Shown here in pieces: positions 19,988 to 28,522 of a stretch of 64,000 nucleotides of DNA. The position numbers and the translations under genes are program-made. This stretch comes from Candidatus Hadarchaeum sp. (GTDB lineage: Archaea; Hadarchaeota; Hadarchaeia; Hadarchaeales; Hadarchaeaceae): positions 11,369 to 75,368 of the forward strand of contig NZ_JAVZIN010000008.1 of NCBI RefSeq assembly GCF_038871235.1. Direction: 5' to 3'. Positions within the stretch are counted from its first letter, which is position 1; each line of letters starts with the position of its first letter. Under the pieces are notes generated by a model. That model was not told where the DNA came from. It did not search any database and saw nothing but the letters and a program-made list of their open reading frames with translations.

Positions 19988-20335
19988 CTAATGTTCTGGC
20001 TCAACGACATAATAAGAGTTGAGCACTTGGCAGATGTTCTTAGCCAAGGCATGATAACACATATCCACGCCCGCTTTCCCAGTTGATATGTTCATCACGT
20101 AGTCGCTGCAGGTACAAAAATTCTTCACAACTTCGTATTCATCGTTCTTTCCTCTGACAAACCAGCGCTGCCCCCGCTTGATCACGCGCCTACCCTTTAC
20201 CGCCTCGATAGCACGCTTGCCCCTTTTCCGGTACACCTCAATTATCTCATTTTCCAACTCTGGGGACAGTGACGCAGCGGTTTGTAGTTTTTTGAAAAGA
20301 TTCTCCTTGCTCTCCCTGAATGATTCGGAAATCAT
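19988..20335 (-). CDS. SWIM zinc-finger protein
   Basis: FCTCSDY...MCYHALA (CxC-xn-CxH). ATG 20335 preferred because the longer ORF overlaps rsmA. Confidence 0.82.
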   Translation of the reverse strand: MISESFRESKENLFKKLQTAASLSPELENEIIEVYRKRGKRAIEAVKGRRVIKRGQRWFVRGKNDEYEVVKNFCTCSDYVMNISTGKAGVDMCYHALAKNICQVLNSYYVVEPEH

Positions 20336-20375
20336 TTCTCTCCAAATGTCAAAATACCTGCTGAGGAGTATATAA

Positions 20376-21212
20376 TTGATGCTAACCGAAACCAAGCGAC
20401 TCCTGTGTAGGGATGGAATATGGCTGGACAGACGGCTGGGGCAAAATCAAGTCATCGACGCCTCCATTCTGAAAAAAATGATTGATTACGCTGAAGTGAC
20501 AAAAAATGACAAGGTCTTGGAAATCGGAGCCGGAGTTGGCAATCTAACGGTTATGCTCGCCGAGGCGGCTGGAACCGTAACTGCCATTGAAAGAGATAAA
20601 AAATTAATTCGAATACTGAAAGAACGCCTGAAAGGCCGAACCAACGTCAAAGTTCTTCAAGGAGATGCTCTGGAGATGGAACTGCCCGAATTTAACAAAA
20701 TAGTTTCGAATCTGCCCTTTTCAATATCCTCAAGAATAACATTCAAGCTCTTGGGGCTAAAGTTTGATATAGCGGTGTTAATGTTTCAAAAGGAATTTGC
20801 CGAGAGACTAGTTGCGTCGCCTGGATCTAAGAATTACGGACGTCTGACAGTCAACGTTTACTACCGAGCCAAAGCGGAATTGTTGGATGAAGTTCCACCC
20901 TCGGCATTTTTCCCCCAGCCCAAAGTTAGCTCGGCAATCGTCCGCCTGAAACCCCGTCAGCCCCCGTTTGAGATCAAAGATGAACAACTCTTCTCGAGGG
21001 TTGTCCGGGCCTTATTTCAGCACCGGAATCAACGGGTCAGAAACGCGCTCCTGCATTCTTTTTCGGAAATTTTTCCAAAAACGAAAATGACTAAAAACGA
21101 AATAAAATCGTTCATTGGTAGTACTCTACCTGGCAAATTTCTGGAAGCCAGAGTTCCAGAACTGACTCCTGAGGACTTGGGTGAGATTACCAACCTACTT
21201 ACTTCTCCATGA
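20376..21212 (+). CDS. rsmA: 16S rRNA m6,2A dimethyltransferase (KsgA/Dim1)
   Basis: LGQN, VLEIGAGVGNLT, SNLPF, QKEFAERL, YGRLTV and FFPQPKVSS motifs. Confidence 0.95.
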   Translation: MMLTETKRLLCRDGIWLDRRLGQNQVIDASILKKMIDYAEVTKNDKVLEIGAGVGNLTVMLAEAAGTVTAIERDKKLIRILKERLKGRTNVKVLQGDALEMELPEFNKIVSNLPFSISSRITFKLLGLKFDIAVLMFQKEFAERLVASPGSKNYGRLTVNVYYRAKAELLDEVPPSAFFPQPKVSSAIVRLKPRQPPFEIKDEQLFSRVVRALFQHRNQRVRNALLHSFSEIFPKTKMTKNEIKSFIGSTLPGKFLEARVPELTPEDLGEITNLLTSP

Positions 21213-23388
21213 ATTCCTCGGGCTTTGGTGGCTCCGGCTTCAGACCTTTGCGCTTGCGTGTGTCTCGGATAATTTGCTCTTGAAGTTCCTTTGGTGTGAC
21301 ATCGAACTTCTCGAACTCGGTTGCCCAAATGGCCCGGCCCTCGGTCTCCGAACGAAGATCGGCGGCCAAACCAAACGAGTTGGCCACAGGCAGTAATGCC
21401 TTTATTATCGTGATGTCCTCCTCAGCCTCCATGCTCAAGATCCTTCCCCGGCGGCCCTGAATCACTTTGGTAGCCCCACCCATGAACTCCTGAGGAACGC
21501 GCACCTCCAGCCTGAGCAAGGGCTCAAGCAAGGTCGGTTCTGCCAGAAGAATGGCGGCTTGTATCGGTCGCCTCACAGCTGGAATTATCTGTGCTGGGCC
21601 CCTATGCACTGAATCCTCATGTAAAGAAGCATCGACTATCATGGCCTTCAAGCCACGCATTGGTTCCCGCATGATGGGGCCCTCCTCAACCACTTCCTTA
21701 AAGGCCTCAATGATATAGTCCTCAACTTCATTCATATACTGGACCCCTTTTGTCGCGTCCACCAGAACGTTGGGGCCTATTATAGTAACGATATTGCGAG
21801 CCTCATGCGTCTCCCAACCCAACTCCCTCAGCAGGTTGGCACGTTCTTTCCTTTCCTGTTTGTCGTTGATCTTTCCCTCCTCAATGGCCTTGATGACCTG
21901 CGGCTCCAGCGGCTCAACGACAATCATAAAGCGGTTATGTTTGTTCGGAGATTTACCCTCAACGGGGCCTGCCCTTTTGGTCGGGGTTTCACGATAAACT
22001 ACGATAGGCTCTGACGTCTTAACCTCCAGACCAGCCTGCTTCAGCTTGTACTCAACTATCTCGAGGTGTACCTCACCCATCCCGGAAACGAGGTATTCCC
22101 CCGTCTCCTCATTTATCTTCACCTTGACGTTAGGGTCCTCACGGGATATCCTCTTCAGCTCGTTAACAAGTTTAGGTAGATCTTGGAAATTCTTAGGCTC
22201 GACCGCCACCGTTACTACCGGCTCGCTTATGTATCTGAGCTCCTCAAATCCTTTACCCTCGACGCCGACCTCAATTAAAGTCTCACCAACAAAGGCGTCC
22301 TTCATCCCAATTATCGCACCGATGTTGCCGGCCGGAACCTTATCAACCATCACCCGGTCTGGCCCCATGTAAACGTTAACCTGCTGGATGCGGGCTTCCT
22401 GCCCCGAACTCACCAGTTTAACGGTCTTACCTTTTTCCAAGGTGCCTGAGAAAACTCTGCCGGTCGATATCACCCCAGCCTGCTCGTCAACGATAATGTC
22501 AGTAATGACCATGCAAATCTTTCCATGGGGGTTTGCGGTCAGCATGTCACGTCCAAGTTCGCTGTTGAGATCCCCTTTCCAGATGACCGGAATCCGGCTG
22601 GCTTGGGCCTCCTTAGGGTTGGGAAGGTGCCTGATGACCATATCCAAGATAACCTCATAGACTGGGCTCTTCTTCGCTAGTTCAGCTTGGTTTCCCGATT
22701 GATAAGCGCTGATGATGTCCTTGAAGCTAATGTTCTTCTTTCTCATCTGGGGGATAGACAAGGCCCATTTCTCCTTGGCTGAACCAAAGGCAACCGACCC
22801 TGCCTCAACGTTCACCAACCACTTATCGGCGACGCTTGAATGGGCGTATCGCTTTATTAGCTCGTTAAATTTAGTTATCAGCTTGACAAAGCGGGCTTGC
22901 ATCGCCTCTGGAGTCAGCTTGAGTTCATCGATGAGGCGATCGACTTTGTTGATATAAAGGACTGGGCGCACCCGCTCGCTCAGCGCCTGCCTTAACACCG
23001 TCTCCGTCTGCGGCATGACGCCTTCAACGGCATCCATCACCACGATGACACCATCGATCGCGCGGAGGGCCCGGGTTACGTCGCCACTGAAGTCCACGTG
23101 TCCTGGGGTGTCAAGAAGGTTGATCAGATACTCTTGGCCATCAAGGGTGTGGGAGAGGCTAACGGCGGAAGTCTGAACGGTTATACCCCGCTGCTGCTCG
23201 ATGTCCAAAAAATCCGTGAAAAGTTGTTCACCAGCAAGTTCGAAGCTTATTATCCCTGAAGCGGCGACTAGGGAGTCCGTTAACGTTGTCTTGCCGTGAT
23301 CGACATGGGCGACTATGCCGATATTCCTGATGTGCTCTGGTTCCCACATCAGCTTTTGGACTTCCGCCAGGTGCTTGTAACGCCTCAT
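21199..23388 (-). CDS. fusA: Translation elongation factor 2 (aEF-2)
   Basis: AHVDHGKTT, RGITV, DTPGHVDF, NKVD, GMGEVHLE and SPNKHN; diphthamide loop HEDSVHRG intact. Confidence 0.98.
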   Translation of the reverse strand: MRRYKHLAEVQKLMWEPEHIRNIGIVAHVDHGKTTLTDSLVAASGIISFELAGEQLFTDFLDIEQQRGITVQTSAVSLSHTLDGQEYLINLLDTPGHVDFSGDVTRALRAIDGVIVVMDAVEGVMPQTETVLRQALSERVRPVLYINKVDRLIDELKLTPEAMQARFVKLITKFNELIKRYAHSSVADKWLVNVEAGSVAFGSAKEKWALSIPQMRKKNISFKDIISAYQSGNQAELAKKSPVYEVILDMVIRHLPNPKEAQASRIPVIWKGDLNSELGRDMLTANPHGKICMVITDIIVDEQAGVISTGRVFSGTLEKGKTVKLVSSGQEARIQQVNVYMGPDRVMVDKVPAGNIGAIIGMKDAFVGETLIEVGVEGKGFEELRYISEPVVTVAVEPKNFQDLPKLVNELKRISREDPNVKVKINEETGEYLVSGMGEVHLEIVEYKLKQAGLEVKTSEPIVVYRETPTKRAGPVEGKSPNKHNRFMIVVEPLEPQVIKAIEEGKINDKQERKERANLLRELGWETHEARNIVTIIGPNVLVDATKGVQYMNEVEDYIIEAFKEVVEEGPIMREPMRGLKAMIVDASLHEDSVHRGPAQIIPAVRRPIQAAILLAEPTLLEPLLRLEVRVPQEFMGGATKVIQGRRGRILSMEAEEDITIIKALLPVANSFGLAADLRSETEGRAIWATEFEKFDVTPKELQEQIIRDTRKRKGLKPEPPKPEEFMEK

Positions 23389-23431
23389 CTAAACCACTCC
23401 ACGACATATGAACTCCATTATTTAAATAACA

Positions 23432-24607
23432 TCATCGTACCGGAAGATAAGTTGACTCGATCTCATCCTTTTTCTCCTCTGGAGGGGTGGGGAACTCTGT
23501 GGGTAAATCTTTGACACTCTGCCCAATACCAATGGTGTTGCCAATTCCGGCCACGATTACTGTGTCTCCCGGCTTGGTGCGCAACCTGATGGCATTTTTG
23601 ACCCGCTCCACGGCCTCGTCGACTCCGCGTACCAGCCTCTTATTGAGCGGCTTTAACGACTCAGTGTAGGACTCTTTGATCACGATGGCGTCGATGGGTA
23701 TCTTTCGTTTTACTGCGATTTCCTCTATCTTGTATTTTTCAACTGGAGGGCCGCCGATAGCAGCACCAACTCCTTCAACGACATCGCCGCTGGCCTCGCC
23801 CTCTAGCTTTCCAGCCGCGTCGATCATGATTATTCGCGCCACCTTTCGCTTTTTCGCCAATCTGGCTATCAGCTCGCCTGGCTTGCCAACTCTGCCCCCT
23901 GGACCCTTGGCCTTTACGATGAGAAGTTTCCGCCCTTCGAACTCAGTCTCGGAATAGACGGTGTCCTCCACCGGCTCGTAAAATTTAGCTTCTTTAACCA
24001 GTTTTACCACAGTTAGTGGCCCGACACCATCACCTATCGGCTTGCCTTCAACGAACGCCTTAGTGGCATCGACAAAGGCCTTGGCAAATGTCTTCAGGAA
24101 GGGAATATTCATCTGAACCAACATGACGATCTGGATGTTTTTCGTCTTCTCGGCTAAAACCAAGAAGTGACGGACCAACCGATAAAGGGTGTAGTTAGCC
24201 ATCGCGCCCTCCATCGCCATCTCCAAGTTGGCGGCGGTTTCAGGGTCGGCGTTTGGCGCCAGCCTAGCGATCGCATCTTTGAAACGCTTGTTTCTTACAT
24301 CGAGGATGTGCTCCAGCCTTTTTAAGACTCCAACTGGATCCTCGCTGACCGGCTCGATGGCGAAGAAGTCCAAAAAGTCGTTGAACTCCTTTTCCACATC
24401 TTGCTTTGGCTTACCGTGTTTTATTATCGCCTTCAACGCTGTTTTCTTGCTCTCCTTGGCCATTTTATCTAGTTCAACAACTGCTTTCTTCATCTGGGTA
24501 AGACCAGCACGCGCCTGAAGCCACATCATCTGCGGGCTGAGGAGAGTTACCACTGCAAAGAAGATGATGCTCGCCACTATCCACCAGACTATGTCAATCT
24601 CTGGCAT
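23432..24607 (-). CDS. DUF1512-family archaeal protein
   Basis: N-terminal TM helix, PVSEDPVG, PIGDGVGPL, GPGGRVGKPG, IDAAGKLEGE and GIGNTIGIGQ. Confidence 0.78.
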   Translation of the reverse strand: MPEIDIVWWIVASIIFFAVVTLLSPQMMWLQARAGLTQMKKAVVELDKMAKESKKTALKAIIKHGKPKQDVEKEFNDFLDFFAIEPVSEDPVGVLKRLEHILDVRNKRFKDAIARLAPNADPETAANLEMAMEGAMANYTLYRLVRHFLVLAEKTKNIQIVMLVQMNIPFLKTFAKAFVDATKAFVEGKPIGDGVGPLTVVKLVKEAKFYEPVEDTVYSETEFEGRKLLIVKAKGPGGRVGKPGELIARLAKKRKVARIIMIDAAGKLEGEASGDVVEGVGAAIGGPPVEKYKIEEIAVKRKIPIDAIVIKESYTESLKPLNKRLVRGVDEAVERVKNAIRLRTKPGDTVIVAGIGNTIGIGQSVKDLPTEFPTPPEEKKDEIESTYLPVR

Positions 24608-24689
24608 AATACCACTAAATTAATCTACTCGTTTTTTGATAAAGGTTGCTGCTAACCTTTAAAGCTTTGCTGTGAAAGGATTTTCACGA

Positions 24690-24774
24690 GCGGGGGTAGC
24701 CAAGCCAGGTTGAAGGCGCTGGCTTCAGGAGCCAGTCCCGTAGGGGTTCGGGGGTTCAAATCCCCTCCCCCGCA
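24690..24774 (+). tRNA. tRNA-Leu (anticodon CAG), intronless, long variable arm
   Basis: Acceptor stem GCGGGGG/CCCCCGC plus discriminator A; anticodon arm CTGGC-TTCAGGA-GCCAG (CAG at 24726-24728); T-loop TTCAAAT; TTTAAA TATA box at 24658-24663. Confidence 0.97.
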
Positions 24775-24873
24775 CCTATGTGAGATCTAAGCGGTCCAAA
24801 ACAAATGATGAAATTATTGTTGGTTTCCGCGGTAAATCTCCGCAAAATTGCTGCGGGACTATAAATTTAAAAA

Positions 24874-25080
24874 TTACAATTTTTCGTTTTCATTTGGAAC
24901 AAAGATATCTTCAATCTTAACTTTAAAAAATCGGGCTATCTTAAATGCCAGAAGCAACGAAGGGTCATACTTCCCTTTTTCAATGGCGATAATGGTTTGC
25001 CTCGTCACGCCCAACTTTTCCGCAAGATCTTCTTGGGTTAAATCGTGCATTGCCCGATAAACCTTGAGTTTATTTTTCAT
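24874..25080 (-). CDS. XRE-family HTH transcriptional regulator
   Basis: LTQEDLAEKLGVTRQTIIAIEKGKYDPSL...IEDIF pattern. Confidence 0.93.
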   Translation of the reverse strand: MKNKLKVYRAMHDLTQEDLAEKLGVTRQTIIAIEKGKYDPSLLLAFKIARFFKVKIEDIFVPNENEKL

Positions 25081-25085
25081 GACTG

Positions 25086-25469
25086 CTAATCCCCAAATTT
25101 TTTGGAATAGTATCGGTAGAGCATGACATACACCAACATCAAGATCGCCGAAAAAAAGGTAAGCGAGAGGCCGGCCTCTAAAAGCTCTGGATATCCGATC
25201 CTGCTCAAACTAACCAAGCAAAGACCAACCACTGCAGAGGCTATGCTAACAATCTGAACCGTCCTTCTGGATGCCTTCTCACTTATTTTATAAGCTCTTT
25301 CATCAACCAGCACCGGCTCAGCTTTACTTCGGATTAAAAACAAAAACAGCAGGCCTGCCACTACTGAAAACAGAGCTATTAAAAATTCGCCTGAGAGTGC
25401 AGATAAAGCAACGAAAATTCCAACAACCCCCATTACTGCCAAACGATATGATTTGTAACCGTTTTTCAT
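25086..25469 (-). CDS. DUF2178-family membrane protein
   Basis: Four TM segments with a central DER...ISEKAS motif; the usual partner of this XRE regulator. Confidence 0.82.
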   Translation of the reverse strand: MKNGYKSYRLAVMGVVGIFVALSALSGEFLIALFSVVAGLLFLFLIRSKAEPVLVDERAYKISEKASRRTVQIVSIASAVVGLCLVSLSRIGYPELLEAGLSLTFFSAILMLVYVMLYRYYSKKFGD

Positions 25470-25482
25470 TCCCCTCCCTTAA

Positions 25483-25519
25483 GTAAAACATTAATTACAT
25501 TATGTTATTTAAACTTTAC
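25483..25519. promoter_or_regulatory. Tandem imperfect palindromes (GTAAA-N6-TTTAC type), putative XRE operator over the DUF2178-xre promoter
   Basis: GTAAAACATTAATTAC (25483-25498) and GTTATTTAAACTTTAC (25504-25519), with starts 21 bp apart. The second covers the minus-strand TTTAAATA box. Confidence 0.6.
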
Positions 25520-25598
25520 TATTTATTAAATTTACAAAACAAGACTCAAGATTGGCAATTTCTTTTTATCCTGACGTTGAAGCAAAATTGGTGGTAAT

Positions 25599-25748
25599 GT
25601 GAAAGTTAAGCTCTCCGTTGATGGTGAGGAGATCGATCTGAACGAGTTCGTCGTGAAAATATTAAGCGGTGCTATAATCGGTGCGGTGACCTCACTTCGC
25701 GGGATAAAAAAGGACTGGAAGAAAATAGAAATCGAGGTTGAGAAGTAA
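25599..25748 (+). CDS. 49-aa small protein, not in the ORF track (MKVKLSVDGEEIDLNEFVVKILSGAIIGAVTSLRGIKKDWKKIEIEVEK)
   Basis: GTG start after a GGTGGT RBS and TAA at 25746-25748. It fills the intergenic gap and resembles the C-terminal extension of some MobB proteins. Confidence 0.75.
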   Translation: MKVKLSVDGEEIDLNEFVVKILSGAIIGAVTSLRGIKKDWKKIEIEVEK

Positions 25749-25750
25749 CC

Positions 25751-28429
25751 TCAGATGAGATCCAAGGTGGCTACGTATCCCTCCTCAGACGGTCTGATAG
25801 TGAAGCCCATCTTCTGCGCCAACCGGATCATCTTCTTATTCTCTCGCATGATAATGCCATAGATACTCTCCAATCTCTTCTCCTGCGCGATTTCAATAAG
25901 CATGTCCATCAGTTTCGTGCCCAAGCCCTTCCCCTGATACTTATCTGCTAAAACAATAGCAAACTCGCCGCGCTTTTTGCCCGGCTCGGTGATCAACCTA
26001 GCCACCCCAATCTCCTTTTTCACGCCTGCCTCTGTGATCTCCGCGATTATCGCCATCTCCCGGTCATAGTCTATATTGCAGAAGCGCACCAGATCCTCAT
26101 GAGACAGCTCCTTTATTATTCTAAAAAACCTGAACCGGCTCGTCTCCTCAGAAAGCCCTTTGATGAACTCATATTCGATCTTTTCATCCTCTGGTCTTAT
26201 CGGTCTGAGAAGAACTTCGGTGCCATCCTTCAACCTCCAAGGAACAACATACTTCGTGGGGTAAGGTAATATGGAAAGGTGCGCGTGGGGGTCGGTCTGT
26301 TTTAACGCCTCGACATCGATGGTGGCCCGAGCATCAAGAGCGGTAATGTCATCCCTTGAAGCTGCAAGAGGGTTTATATCGATCTCAGCGAACTCGGGGA
26401 AGTCCACTATCAAGTTGGAAAACCGGACGACGATTTCTTCGAGTGCCTTCATATCCACAGGGGGCTTGTTTCTTATACCGTGGGATAGAGCGCGGTAAAT
26501 TTTGGTCTCCTCCATCAGCCTTCGAGCCAACGTCTGGTTCAGCGGGGGCAGAGCTATCGAGAAGTCCCGGTAAAACTCAACACCTATTCCCCCTTGCCCG
26601 AACAGAATCACTGAGCCAAAGTCCTTGTCCTTTTTAGCACCGAGGATCAGCTCATAATCAAACTTCTTCATTTTTTGAACGTAGACGCCATCAATCCTAG
26701 CCTTCGGCGCAGCGTTCTTAACCGATTCCAGCAAATTCCGGTAACACTTCCTCAAATTTTCCTCGGAGCTTATTCCGACGACCACCCCGCCAATGTCGGT
26801 CTTGTGAATTATCTCCGGGGAAGCGATCTTTAAGACCACTGGGTAACCCAAGCGAGAAGCGGCGGCAGCGGCTTCATCCTCATTCTTTGCCAGATGGGCC
26901 TCAGGCCTCGGGATCCGATAAGCATCGAAAAACTTGTCGATTTCTGCCTGAGTCAGATTGGTTCTTCCCTCAGCAACGGCTCTTCTGATGATAAGCTTTA
27001 GGTGACTCTTCGGCGGGGAGAGGTCAACAGAAAGCTCTTCAGGTGTCTCATAAAGGAGTTCCAAATTACGCTTGTATTTGTACATATACATGTAGGTCTT
27101 AATCGCCTTTTCCGGGGTGGGGTAAGTGGGCACATCGTTTTCATAAAATATCCTTCTTGCCTCCTCAACTTCATTTTCACCCATCCAAACCGTCAAAATG
27201 GGCTTAAGCTTTTTTTTGGCGATCTCGACGATCCTCTTGGCCAAGTCAGTGGACTTAGCAGCACCCTGGGGGGTGTAAAGGACCACTATGCCATCTATTT
27301 TGGGATCGTTAAGGCAGGCTTCCACCGCCTTGCTATATCTTTCAACGTCGGCGTCTCCAAGGATATCAACAGGATTGCCCCGACTCCATTGCGGCGGTAA
27401 AACTTTGCTCAGGGCGGCTATGGTCTCGTCGGAAAGGTCGGCTATTTCTCCAAAATTATCCATGATAGCATCGGCGGCGATCACCCCTGGGCCACCGGCG
27501 TTGGTTATCACAGCGATGTTCGGCCCTGCCGGCAGATATCTTGAATCAAGCACGCTGGCGCAGTTGAAAAGGTCCTCGATCTCATCAACCCTTAACACGC
27601 CAGCTCTTCTGAATGCGGCTCTGTAGACCTCGAAATTACCGGCAAGCGCCCCAGTGTGTGATTTTACCGCCTTAGCACTCTCGGCATACTTTCCGGGCTT
27701 GAGAATGATGATCGGCTTGTTTCTGGCAAACCCTCTGGCGGCGCTCATAAACTTCCTAGCCGAACCAACCCCTTCCATGTAGATGATTATGCTCCGCGTG
27801 CGTGGATCTTCCCCTAGATAATCTATCAAGTCACCAAAATCCACATCGAGCATCGAGCCCAACGAGGCGAACATGCTGAAGCCGATGTGGGTGCTGACCG
27901 CCCAATCCAAGATCGCGGAACCAAGAGCCCCGCTCTGTGAAATGAAAGCTATCTCTCCAGGCTCAGGCTGGCTTCTCAGAAAAGTAGCATTAATCGAATC
28001 ATGAGGCCGAATAAACCCGAGGCAGTTGGGACCTAGAACCCTGAACCCATATCTTTCCTGTAATTTCTTTATTTCCTGCTCCAGCTTTGCTCCCTCTTCC
28101 CCGGCCTCCCGGAATCCTGAGGAGATGATGACGATGCCATCAACGCCGCACTTTCCACATTCCTCAACAACGGCTGGAACGCTTTTGGCCGGTATCGCAA
28201 TCACGGCCAAATCTACATGCTCCGGAACCTGGGTTATGCTCGCAAAGCACTTTAAACCCAATACTGTTTGATAATTGGGATTTATGGGGTAAATTTTCCT
28301 TTTCTCTTTTCCAGCCAGAAGATTTTTCATGATTTGGTTACCGATCGTCCCCTCTTTTTCACTAGCACCAATCAAAGCCACGACCCTGGGGCTCAACATG
28401 CTCTCTAGTTTACCCATTAGCATCACCAT
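25751..28429 (-). CDS. NDP-forming acyl-CoA synthetase (alpha+beta) / GNAT acetyltransferase fusion (Pat/ACD type)
   Basis: VALIGAS, GPNCLG, SQSGA, SHTGALAG, NAGGPG, NPVDILGDA, HKTDIGGV and DINPL; C-terminal GNAT (RPIRPED, YQGKGLGT). Confidence 0.93.
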   Translation of the reverse strand: MVMLMGKLESMLSPRVVALIGASEKEGTIGNQIMKNLLAGKEKRKIYPINPNYQTVLGLKCFASITQVPEHVDLAVIAIPAKSVPAVVEECGKCGVDGIVIISSGFREAGEEGAKLEQEIKKLQERYGFRVLGPNCLGFIRPHDSINATFLRSQPEPGEIAFISQSGALGSAILDWAVSTHIGFSMFASLGSMLDVDFGDLIDYLGEDPRTRSIIIYMEGVGSARKFMSAARGFARNKPIIILKPGKYAESAKAVKSHTGALAGNFEVYRAAFRRAGVLRVDEIEDLFNCASVLDSRYLPAGPNIAVITNAGGPGVIAADAIMDNFGEIADLSDETIAALSKVLPPQWSRGNPVDILGDADVERYSKAVEACLNDPKIDGIVVLYTPQGAAKSTDLAKRIVEIAKKKLKPILTVWMGENEVEEARRIFYENDVPTYPTPEKAIKTYMYMYKYKRNLELLYETPEELSVDLSPPKSHLKLIIRRAVAEGRTNLTQAEIDKFFDAYRIPRPEAHLAKNEDEAAAAASRLGYPVVLKIASPEIIHKTDIGGVVVGISSEENLRKCYRNLLESVKNAAPKARIDGVYVQKMKKFDYELILGAKKDKDFGSVILFGQGGIGVEFYRDFSIALPPLNQTLARRLMEETKIYRALSHGIRNKPPVDMKALEEIVVRFSNLIVDFPEFAEIDINPLAASRDDITALDARATIDVEALKQTDPHAHLSILPYPTKYVVPWRLKDGTEVLLRPIRPEDEKIEYEFIKGLSEETSRFRFFRIIKELSHEDLVRFCNIDYDREMAIIAEITEAGVKKEIGVARLITEPGKKRGEFAIVLADKYQGKGLGTKLMDMLIEIAQEKRLESIYGIIMRENKKMIRLAQKMGFTIRPSEEGYVATLDLI

Positions 28430-28522
28430 CTATCCCAATGGCTGGGATTGCATTTATACCATCAACGTAATTAAGAATTGCCAAGTCGAACAACCAATTA
28501 CAGAATAATATTTTATTTCAGC

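Noticed and set aside
24721-24735. TTCA in the tRNA anticodon loop suggesting tRNA-Sec (UCA)
   Set aside because: Stem register CTGGC/GCCAG puts CAG at positions 34-36, and the 7-bp acceptor stem and A discriminator fit tRNA-Leu.
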